Notes: generated from the letters alone by a model not told the origin. Positions 11,062 to 18,236 are shown, numbered from the stretch's first letter. The stretch is DNA of 32,000 bases from Okeania sp. (GCF_035285525.1 NZ_JAYKGW010000155.1:3225-35224); one strand, 5' to 3'. A program made the numbers and translations.

Positions 11062-11316
11062 GTATTTGTCAGGGAAAAAAAAGTTAACTAACCCTCCAAA
11101 ACCAGGAAAAGAACTGCAAGCTTCTATCTACGAAAATATCTAAATAAACTAATCATTGATGTCATCATTACTGACTGAATAGTAAGAGTAGCTATTGTCT
11201 GTATGTCAGTGAAAAAAAAGTTAACTAACCCTCCAAAATCAGGAAAAAAACTTCAAGTTTCTGTCTACACAAATATCTGAAGAAACTAATCATTTACCTC
11301 ATAATTACTGAAAAAA
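11043..11316 (+). repeat. Two tandem 137-bp leader modules upstream of PEP-CTERM gene A
   Basis: Unit 1 (11043-11179) and unit 2 (11180-11316) share [A/T]AGTAAGA.T.GCTAT.GT.T.T.TGTCAG.GAAAAAAAAGTTAACTAACCCTCCAAAA.CAGGAAAA..AC...CAAG.TTCT.TCTAC..AAATATCT.AA.AAACTAATCATT......CAT.ATTACTGA. Confidence 0.8.
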
Positions 11317-11347
11317 ATTCGACATAATTAATTAAGGAGTTCTCAAA

Positions 11348-12031
11348 ATGAAAAACCAAATCGTTGCTTCCATTCTTGCTGTTCCTTTCGCTTTAGGTGC
11401 TGTATTCGCTGGTGCTGCTAATGCTTTTGAAGGTAGTGCTCAACTAAATGGTACTCCACTATTTGAATTAGATTGGAGTACAGAAGGAAATACAACAGCT
11501 ACATTATCTAGTAATTCATTGACCTTTACTCCAGATGTAGCTGGTGTGTCACTGACATCACAAACAGGAGATTTTTTAGGTTTTGACATTGCACAAATCC
11601 AAGATGTGATTACATTTGACCCTTTTGAGGCAGAAAACCCTTTTCTAGACTTCGGTTCAGTCATTCCAGAGGGTCTATCTCCTACAAACTCTACTATTAA
11701 TGATGGTGAAAATGTTTTTATCCTCACTGATTTGGATTACGATGTTAGACAAGTGGCAACTAACTTAGTCGGTATTGATATAATACTTTATGGAGACTTT
11801 AATATTGGTGGAGAAGTAACTTCTGGTCAAGGTCTCTTCACATTACAATATGCTCAAAACGGTGCAACAGTAGATTCAGTCAACGCACAAATTAATAGTG
11901 ATACTGGTCTCGAAGGTCTAGCTCTTTCTGGTGCTGTGTTCACTACTTCTGTTCCTGAACCAACTGCATTATTCGGTATTGGTGTTTTTGCTACAGGTTT
12001 AGTTGCTAGTCGTCGTCAGAAAAAATCTTAA
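11348..12031 (+). CDS. PEP-CTERM sorting-domain secreted protein, paralogue A
   Basis: Signal peptide MKNQIVASILAVPFALGAVFAGAANA and C-terminal VPEPTALFGIGVFATGLVASRRQKKS, i.e. PEP motif, TM helix and basic tail. A GGAG lies 8 nt upstream of the ATG. Confidence 0.9.
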   Translation: MKNQIVASILAVPFALGAVFAGAANAFEGSAQLNGTPLFELDWSTEGNTTATLSSNSLTFTPDVAGVSLTSQTGDFLGFDIAQIQDVITFDPFEAENPFLDFGSVIPEGLSPTNSTINDGENVFILTDLDYDVRQVATNLVGIDIILYGDFNIGGEVTSGQGLFTLQYAQNGATVDSVNAQINSDTGLEGLALSGAVFTTSVPEPTALFGIGVFATGLVASRRQKKS

Positions 12032-12188
12032 GTAAAAATCTGGCGTTCGGGTGAGCGATCGCCCTACCTTTACTGAGAAACTCGGTTCAGATTCAATGCT
12101 GAATACATACACAGGACTCCTGATGAAGTCATTTGTGAGAAAAAAACTATAGGGGTTTGGTCTTCAAACCCCTACCATAAATAAAATT

Positions 12189-12302
12189 AGGACTTACGCA
12201 AAGCAAGGTATTTCTGTCCGATACGAGCGACAGCGTTTGCGGAGCATTCCGTCAGGAAAGCAATCTCAAATGACCAAAGCTCCTCGATTATGCGTAAGTC
12301 CT
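12189..12302. repeat. Hairpin-ended small dispersed element (class e)
   Basis: AGGACTTACGCAAAGCAAGGTATTTCTG...GCGGAGCATTCCGTCAGGAAAGC...GATTATGCGTAAGTCCT. Confidence 0.8.
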
Positions 12303-12510
12303 GTAAAATGTTACGATATATTTAGGGTTTCCTGAAAAAGTCTAGTAGTTATGACAGGGAACACTTAACTAGGAAATTGATTTTGCATAACAACTCTAAG
12401 TAGTCCCTATCCATGATAGGAAGCAATTTCAGAGCTGCGTAGAGATTGCTATCCTTACCGAATGCTGCGCCAATCTTCCACTCCGTTTCAGTTCCAATGA
12501 CTTAAATATC

Positions 12511-12599
12511 AGGACTTACGCAAAGGTACTATATGTAGAGTTAAAAAACTATTGCGCAATAGTTTTAACCACTATATCTAGGGTCGCTGCGTAAGTCCT
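12511..12599. repeat. Hairpin-ended small dispersed element (class c)
   Basis: AGGACTTACGCAAAGGTACTATATGTAGAGTTAAAAAACTATTGCGCAATAGTTTTAACCACTATATCTAGGGTCGCTGCGTAAGTCCT. The interior matches 24673-24770. Confidence 0.85.
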
Positions 12600-12606
12600 G
12601 ATATAT

Positions 12607-12699
12607 AGGACTGAAGCCATGAGTTACGAAAAACAGGGGTTTGAGATTGCTTCTCTTCGGTCGTATCGAACGAAAATACGTTGCAGTTGCGTAAGTCCT
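12607..12699. repeat. Hairpin-ended small dispersed element (class d, degenerate left end)
   Basis: AGGACTGAAGCC...GGTTTGAGATTGCTTCTCTTCGG...AAAATACGTTGCAGTTGCGTAAGTCCT. The interior is related to 14640-14784. Confidence 0.65.
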
Positions 12700-12847
12700 G
12701 ATAGAATTATCCGGATTCTATATACTTTGGATATTATTGTTGAATGGGAGGGGATTCCACAGAAAGAGCTGACAGTTAATAGCTGAATGGGAGCGCATTC
12801 CACAGGAAATGCTTACATTAGGACTTACGAATAATTACTTTATGTAT

Positions 12848-12875
12848 TAGGGGGTTAATGATTATTAACCCCCTA
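12848..12875 (+). terminator. Strong GC-cored hairpin, terminator-like (copy B)
   Basis: TAGGGGGTTAAT-GATT-ATTAACCCCCTA forms a 12-bp stem, followed by TGAATTTTGCATAC. Confidence 0.4.
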
Positions 12876-13298
12876 TGAATTTTGCATACTTTCATCTTTT
12901 CCTAATTTATAATTCATTATGAAAATATAAAGTTAACTTTATGGCCTTACCTAATTAATTAAGGTATGTAAACATAGGAATTTCTATACTGATGAGGTAT
13001 AAAAGTTTGGATTTTAGCTAACATTAATAGGCAATAACAAAGATAAATAGATTAGTTTGCCCCACAAACTTGAAAAACACATACATTTTTTCATGTTTTA
13101 CTATAACTTAATATTAATAAAAATATTTTTTCACTTCATATAAACGACTAATTAAAATTTATTATTTTGTGGTTTTCATAACTATAATGAGGATTTTAAG
13201 CCTATATTCCTGGAAATATAGTCATCTTATTTTAGCATTAAGATCAGTTAAATTACACAAGATTTTTTTAAAGATTCGGTAAATTAATAGATAAGGGG

Positions 13299-13328
13299 TT
13301 GTCATACTTAAGTAAGAATGGCTATAGT
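13299..13328 (+). promoter_or_regulatory. Candidate sigma70-type promoter of PEP-CTERM gene B
   Basis: TTGTCA, 18 nt, TATAGT, in the same position relative to the leader modules as in copy A. Confidence 0.35.
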
Positions 13329-13580
13329 GTATTCATCAGGGAAAAAAGTTCATTAACTCTCCAAAATAGAGAGAATAAATTCAAGCTTATATCTACGAAA
13401 ATATCTTAATAAACTAATCATTGATGTCATAATTACTTACTAAATAGTAAGAGTAGTTATTGTATATATATCACTGAAAAAAAGTTCACTAACTATCCCA
13501 AACATGGAAAAGAACATCAAGTTTATGTCTATACAAATATCTGAATAAATTAATCATTGACATCATAATTACTGAAAAAA
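13311..13580 (+). repeat. Two tandem ~135-bp leader modules upstream of PEP-CTERM gene B
   Basis: Units start at about 13311 and 13446. They are homologous to each other and to the two units of copy A (GAAAAAA.GTT.A.TAAC..TCC.AAA...CAAG.TTAT.TCTA..AAATATCT.AATAAA.TAATCATTGA..TCATAATTACT). Confidence 0.75.
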
Positions 13581-13610
13581 CTCGACATAACTAATTAAGG
13601 AGTCCTCAAA

Positions 13611-14237
13611 ATGAAAAACCAAATCGTTGCTTCCATTCTTTCTGTTCCTTTTGCTTTAGGTGCTGCTGTATTCGCTACTACTGGTGCTGCTAATGCTGCT
13701 TCTTTAAGTGGTAGTTTCCAATTTGATGGTTCAGGCGATCCTCCAACTACCCTTATTCTTACCGATGATCAACTTGATTTCAATCCTGATGATGCACAGC
13801 TTGACCTCAAACTACAAACAGAAAGTTTTACATCTTTTGATTCTGCTTTCATTTATGACTTAGAAAACCCAGTTAATCCTAATCCTAGTTTATTTATCGA
13901 TTTAGGCGATCAAGATGGTGAGAACCTTTTATATGTTAACAACATAGGAGAATATGTCTATACTGGTGTTGGTTTGTCAACTATTATAGGTATTTCATTC
14001 GATGGTTTCTTTGAGAGCACCACTGGTGAAATATCACAGGCAACAGGTTTAATTAGTCTCACCGCAAACGATACTGTTGCAAATGTACAAAATGCTGTAG
14101 AAAATGGTACTGGTATTCAGGCAAGTTTCACTGGTTTTAGTGTTGCTACTACTTCTGTTCCTGAACCAACTACATTATTTGGTCTAGGTGTTGTTGCTAC
14201 AGGTTTAGTTGCTAGTCGTCGTAAGAAAGATGCTTAA
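13611..14237 (+). CDS. PEP-CTERM sorting-domain secreted protein, paralogue B
   Basis: Signal peptide MKNQIVASILSVPFALGAAVFATTGAANA and C-terminal VPEPTTLFGLGVVATGLVASRRKKDA. A GGAG lies upstream of the ATG. Confidence 0.9.
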   Translation: MKNQIVASILSVPFALGAAVFATTGAANAASLSGSFQFDGSGDPPTTLILTDDQLDFNPDDAQLDLKLQTESFTSFDSAFIYDLENPVNPNPSLFIDLGDQDGENLLYVNNIGEYVYTGVGLSTIIGISFDGFFESTTGEISQATGLISLTANDTVANVQNAVENGTGIQASFTGFSVATTSVPEPTTLFGLGVVATGLVASRRKKDA

Positions 14238-14391
14238 GTAAAAATCTGCTGATAGGGTGAGCGATCGCCCTACCCTCTGCTTTCCTCCAAAGTGTAACTA
14301 TTCAACCGGACATGATCGGGACTTACCCAAAGAAACGCGGTTTCTAAAGTAAATCATTGTTTTTGACAATAAACATTTACCGAAGAATTAA

Positions 14392-14637
14392 TAATTAGAG
14401 TTTGCGCTTCTTCAGTCTTTTAGTAGCGGGGAGGAGCCAGAATCGAGCAATCCAGAAGGAATGGTCATTACAGAAGAGGTAGGAGGAAGAATTATCCCTT
14501 GATTTTCTGTCACAATTAGCCAAAAATACTAGACTTTTTAGCTTTCAAGATCTAAAAGCTGGTACTTTTTCCCGACTAAAAAAGCTGACACCTTTATCTA
14601 TTAATGCTTTCATGCTTTTTTCACAGACCCTAATTAA
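14392..14637 (+). mobile_element. MITE, TAGGGTTTGC-terminus family, copy flanking the PAD-like gene (3' side)
   Basis: TAATTAGAGTTTGCG...CACAGACCCTAATTA. The central ~110 bp (TCCAGAAGGAATGGTCATTACAGAAGAGGTAGGAGGAAGAATTATC.CTTGATTTTCTGTCACAATTAGCCAAAAATACTAGACTTTTTAGCTTTCAA) differs by one base from the copy at 17507-17758. Confidence 0.8.
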
Positions 14638-14639
14638 CC

Positions 14640-14784
14640 AGGACTTACGCATTAGAAATGCAATTTCAAGGTTTGAGATTGCTTTCCTTCAGAATGCTGC
14701 GCTTTCCATGTCGCGAAGTGAAACGCTGTTGCTTGCGCTGCGAGTCGCGCCATGACAAAAATACGCTGCGGGTGCGTAAGTCCT
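14640..14784. repeat. Hairpin-ended small dispersed element (class d)
   Basis: AGGACTTACGCATTAGAAATGCAATTTCAAGGTTTGAGATTGCTTTCCTTCAG...AAAATACGCTGCGGGTGCGTAAGTCCT. Confidence 0.85.
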
Positions 14785-14937
14785 GTTAACATTAACTTAG
14801 GTTGAATTATCAAAAAATTGATTCTGTTTATGCTAATGAGTTAATAACTGGAGTCTTGCCCAAGCATAGCACTATTTTTAGGAATTGGTATAAAACAAAT
14901 GTAGAGTCTCTCCAATTACTGAGGTAAAGTTAGTTTT

Positions 14938-15001
14938 CTTCTTTTCTTCTTTTCTTCTTTTCTTCTTTTCTTCTTTTCTTCTTTTCTTCTTTTCTTCTTT
15001 T
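14938..15001. repeat. Perfect octanucleotide microsatellite (CTTCTTTT)x8
   Basis: Eight uninterrupted units are read directly. The array ends one base before the complement of the PAD-like gene's TAG stop (15002-15004). Confidence 0.95.
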
Positions 15002-17293
15002 CTACTCCCTATTCCCTAAAAAAGATTTCCAGAAAGAATAATTTTTTCCTAAACGAGTTGTATTCGTAGCATCCTGAACATTGCCTTTCAATTCTTGATA
15101 ATATTTATCGTCCATAAAATTAATATTTAAACTAGAATCAGCCACCAATCTCCGGAATTTTTCCTCAGTATAATCTCTCCCATTAATTAATGCTCCTCCA
15201 GGATTGGAAACCAATAATTCTCCATTAATCGCTACCGAATTAACCATATTCGGCCACCAAGCATAACCGCTATATCCAAACATTGCTGGCACTCTAATTA
15301 TCTGTTGATCAGTCAGATTAAATTCCTGTTTTAACTTCTCTATTAATGGATTTATTTTTTCCCTTTGTAAATAGAGATTATGCTCAATTAATCTAGTATT
15401 TTTTAAAGTAGCTCTTACTGTTGTTTGAGTGCTTGAACCACGATTTATAGCAGCTTGACCATAACCTTGTTGACTCAATTCTTCTAATAATTTAACCCCC
15501 GCTTCTGGACTCACAATTAACATTAATGGTTTGCCAAATTTGCTAGGAATAAAATTAATAATTTCATCAACATGACGAATCATTAACCAAGAAGTATCAA
15601 TATCAACTGGCGGACCTTGAACTTTCTGTGCTTTAATAAAGTCAATAATTTCAGGATTCATACCTACTTCTCCTGCTTTACCATAATATATTCTTCCCAT
15701 CGGATATCCTGGTAAAGATGGTGTCACCTCCAGATTTCCATAACCATCCACCCATCTATTTAGAGGATCAAGTCGTCTAGGTTGACCAACTTCAAACCAA
15801 CCAAAATTTTCTTTGAGAAGACTGAGAGAATATTGGTCATTTTCCCCCTCACGATTAGCTTTGAGGACCACATTCATATTATGGAGCTGACCTTGACTGG
15901 GAAACTGCACATAACCTATTTCTTGAGTGTCTTGCATCCAGGTAGTGCCACCAGGATTAATTTTTGCTGTGGCACCTGTTTTTTCAATAATTTCTCTAAT
16001 TTTATTAATAAACTCTTCATTGGCAAAACCACGATCGCTCACATGAAGTTCTTTGACTGGAGCAGTATTAGGAGACATTAACCAAGGAACCACACCTATT
16101 TGAATACTATCAGTAGCAATTTGTTGACCATTTTTTTCAGCGATCGCCTTCAAATTAACTACTCCTTTCCAGTTGCGATCAGCAAATTGTTTTGCTTCTA
16201 CACCTAATACTATTTTATCCCCAGGTATCAAAGCTTCAATGCCAGAAATATCTACTCTTTCCCATCCATATTCTGTTTTTTGGAAAACATTGATATAATC
16301 ACTAACATTTGCATCTGTAGAAATATAAATTTGAGCATCCCGATAAGTTTCTGCCAATTGAATATTAATCATAGCTAAATCTGCTACATCACTTTCACCA
16401 TTAACATATTGATCTTCCCAGTCTGGAATGAAATCATTGTTATCATCATCATTATTAAATAACATCAACGCACCTGTTGATAAAGACCATTTTTCTCTAT
16501 CTGACTTATCAGTTTCATCCAGTTTCCCATCTCTGTTAGTATCACCATAAATTGTGAAACCAGGGGATAAACTATATGCAATAGGTGAATGAGTTTCAGT
16601 ATTATTATTTATTTGATTTTCTGTATCTTCTTCCCATGCTCTTGCTGCTATTACTTTTTCATAACAAGCAACTGCTAAATACCCCTGGTATTCTATCATT
16701 TTTTCAATCGCTCGATCTGTCATCAATGAATCTTGAGGTATTTGTCGCAAAGTTTCAATTGCCTCTAACCATAAATTTTCTGCTTCTTGCCATGTTTGAT
16801 AATTTGGCTGTTTATTTTTTCCTTTTGCTACTGCATTAGTTGCTATGCTCAGTGCTTGTTTCCAATTTTCAACAGCTTTTTCTTCTTTAATAATTCTTGC
16901 TTCTAAACTACGGAAATCTTTCAAAGTTTTTTCATATTGTCGCACTTGAAATTGGTATTGCCAAGGTTCTATTTTATTTTGAAAATTTGGCATTTTAGAT
17001 ACTTTATCAAGTTCTTTTTTTAGTTGGTTTTTAACCTCGTAAAGTTCTGGTAGAGAAGTTATTTGTTCAGGAATTTTTATACTGTTATTTGCCAAATTAA
17101 TAGTTTCTAACAAAGAAACTTCTGAACTTTCTGGTTGAAGAAGTGAAGATTGTGCTACTGCTTGAGGCATAGGTATCCAAATAATTCCTACCAATGCTCC
17201 CACAGTATTAACTAGAGCTATTTTAACGTATCGCATCCAACCCATAGTATAAATCCTTTCTAAGAAACCTATAATAATCTCTAAAGTATACAA
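15002..17293 (-). CDS. Secreted peptidylarginine deiminase (PAD) family protein with the active-site Cys substituted (predicted pseudo-deiminase)
   Basis: 763-aa ORF. PAD_M and catalytic-domain motifs align by eye to human PADI4: VVPWLMSPNT, TWMQDTQEIGY, YGNLEVTP, YPMGRIYYG, IRHVDEIINFIP, WWPNMVNS, ALINGRDYTEEKF. The nucleophile motif is GNVQDATNTTR where PADI4 has GEVHCGTNVRR. A signal peptide follows the internal Met17/Met20 (MRYVKIALVNTVGALVGIIWIPMPQAVA/Q), so the true start may be 17245 or 17236. Confidence 0.85.
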   Translation of the reverse strand: MYTLEIIIGFLERIYTMGWMRYVKIALVNTVGALVGIIWIPMPQAVAQSSLLQPESSEVSLLETINLANNSIKIPEQITSLPELYEVKNQLKKELDKVSKMPNFQNKIEPWQYQFQVRQYEKTLKDFRSLEARIIKEEKAVENWKQALSIATNAVAKGKNKQPNYQTWQEAENLWLEAIETLRQIPQDSLMTDRAIEKMIEYQGYLAVACYEKVIAARAWEEDTENQINNNTETHSPIAYSLSPGFTIYGDTNRDGKLDETDKSDREKWSLSTGALMLFNNDDDNNDFIPDWEDQYVNGESDVADLAMINIQLAETYRDAQIYISTDANVSDYINVFQKTEYGWERVDISGIEALIPGDKIVLGVEAKQFADRNWKGVVNLKAIAEKNGQQIATDSIQIGVVPWLMSPNTAPVKELHVSDRGFANEEFINKIREIIEKTGATAKINPGGTTWMQDTQEIGYVQFPSQGQLHNMNVVLKANREGENDQYSLSLLKENFGWFEVGQPRRLDPLNRWVDGYGNLEVTPSLPGYPMGRIYYGKAGEVGMNPEIIDFIKAQKVQGPPVDIDTSWLMIRHVDEIINFIPSKFGKPLMLIVSPEAGVKLLEELSQQGYGQAAINRGSSTQTTVRATLKNTRLIEHNLYLQREKINPLIEKLKQEFNLTDQQIIRVPAMFGYSGYAWWPNMVNSVAINGELLVSNPGGALINGRDYTEEKFRRLVADSSLNINFMDDKYYQELKGNVQDATNTTRLGKNYSFWKSFLGNRE

Positions 17294-17338
17294 TTCTCTA
17301 TTTTATTCGAGTTTCAATGAGAATTGTTTAAATATTTT

Positions 17339-17454
17339 AGGACTTACGCAGAAACCGGGTTGATCAGACAATTTTTCGGGAACCGTATTTCCTGGTTTGA
17401 ACCACAATATCACAGGCCAAAACCCGGTTTCTTGGTGGCGCGTGCGTAACTCCT
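17339..17454. repeat. Hairpin-ended small dispersed element (class b)
   Basis: AGGACTTACGCAGAAACCGGGTTGAT...AACCCGGTTTCTTGGTGGCGCGTGCGTAACTCCT. Confidence 0.8.
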
Positions 17455-17506
17455 GTATTTAATTTACACAAATAGAAAACTAACTGCTATCCTTAGCCAA
17501 ATTTAG

Positions 17507-17758
17507 TAATTAGGGTTTGCCTAAAAAGTCTTTTAGTAGGGAGGAGGCTCCAGAATCGGTGAATCCAGAATCCAGAAGGAATGGTCATTACAGAAGAGGT
17601 AGGAGGAAGAATTATCTCTTGATTTTCTGTCACAATTAGCCAAAAATACTAGACTTTTTAGCTTTCAACACCTAAAAGCTGGTACTTTTTCCTGACTGAA
17701 AAAGGCTGAAACCTTTATTTAATGGTGCTTTTATGCTTTTTTCAGCCAGCCCTAATTA
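17507..17758 (+). mobile_element. MITE, TAGGGTTTGC-terminus family, copy flanking the PAD-like gene (5' side)
   Basis: TAATTAGGGTTTGCCTAAAAAGTCTTTTAGTAGGGAGG...TTTTTTCAGCCAGCCCTAATTA, in the same orientation as 14392-14637. Confidence 0.85.
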
Positions 17759-18025
17759 TAATAAATCCGGTTCGTGGAGAGAAATTTACTCTGAAGGTAA
17801 GGCAGTCAAGATGAGAGAGCAAGAGCAAAAAGTGACCTCTTTAATAACCGGATTTAGTATGATATAAAGTTCTGCAAGAATTGATTTGATTTTTTATTTT
17901 TGGAGATGTCTATTCTTATCTTTCTTTTAGCTTTTTTTTAGTAATTATATTGTCTTGGGATAATAAAATAAGTGATAAAAAAATTTATCATTTCTCACCT
18001 TTTCTTTCCTTCTACCTTCTGCCTA

Positions 18026-18236
18026 TTGACCAATAAAAATTTTAACTTTTTTAGGCTTTGATTTCTCGGAAACCGTAAAAGTAGGAGTTTTTAGGTCCCT
18101 CAGGTTAAAAAAGTAAGCTTTTAATCCTGACTAGGGCAGAAAAATCAAGGGATAATTGTTCTAATTTATCGGGAACCGTCTATATCCTCTTAACTCTTAA
18201 CTACTCCCTACTCCCTACTCCCTAACTTAACAAAAT
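18026..18236 (+). repeat. Internal fragment of an ACTCCCT-tract MITE (no terminal repeats)
   Basis: TTGACCAATAAAAATTTTAAC...GGCAGAAAAATCAAGGGATAATTGTTCTAATTTATCGGGAACCGT.TATATCCTCTTAAC...ACTCCCTACTCCCTACTCCCTAACTTAACAAAA is collinear with the interior of 18269-18537. Confidence 0.7.

Larger units (their letters stand above)
9823..12068 (+). repeat. Tandem segmental duplication, copy A (leader plus PEP-CTERM gene)
   Basis: Collinear with 12122-14274. Both start GATGAAGTCATTTGT[A/G]AGAAAAAAA..AGGGGTTT...AAACCCC and end TAAGTAAAAATCTG..GGGTGAGCGATCGCCCTACC, with many shared blocks in between. Confidence 0.85.
12122..14274 (+). repeat. Tandem segmental duplication, copy B (leader plus PEP-CTERM gene)
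   Basis: See copy A. ATG-to-ATG spacing is 2263 bp. Confidence 0.85.

Noticed and set aside
11440-11727. 95-aa minus-strand ORF inside PEP-CTERM gene A
   Set aside because: It lies antisense to a CDS with a clear signal peptide and sorting tail.
12055-12068. GGGTGAGCGATCGCCC after each PEP-CTERM gene as a Rho-independent terminator
   Set aside because: It forms only a 6-bp stem with a GCGA loop (including a G-U pair) and has no downstream T-tract. The conservation is more simply explained by the HIP1 palindrome lying within the duplicated segment.
14938-15001. Short regular repeats considered as a CRISPR array
   Set aside because: The unit is 8 nt with no spacers, so it is a microsatellite. 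I saw no repeats of 25-40 nt with unique spacers anywhere in the window.
15782-16839. Plus-strand ORFs 15782..16081 and 16585..16839
   Set aside because: Both lie antisense inside the PAD-like CDS.
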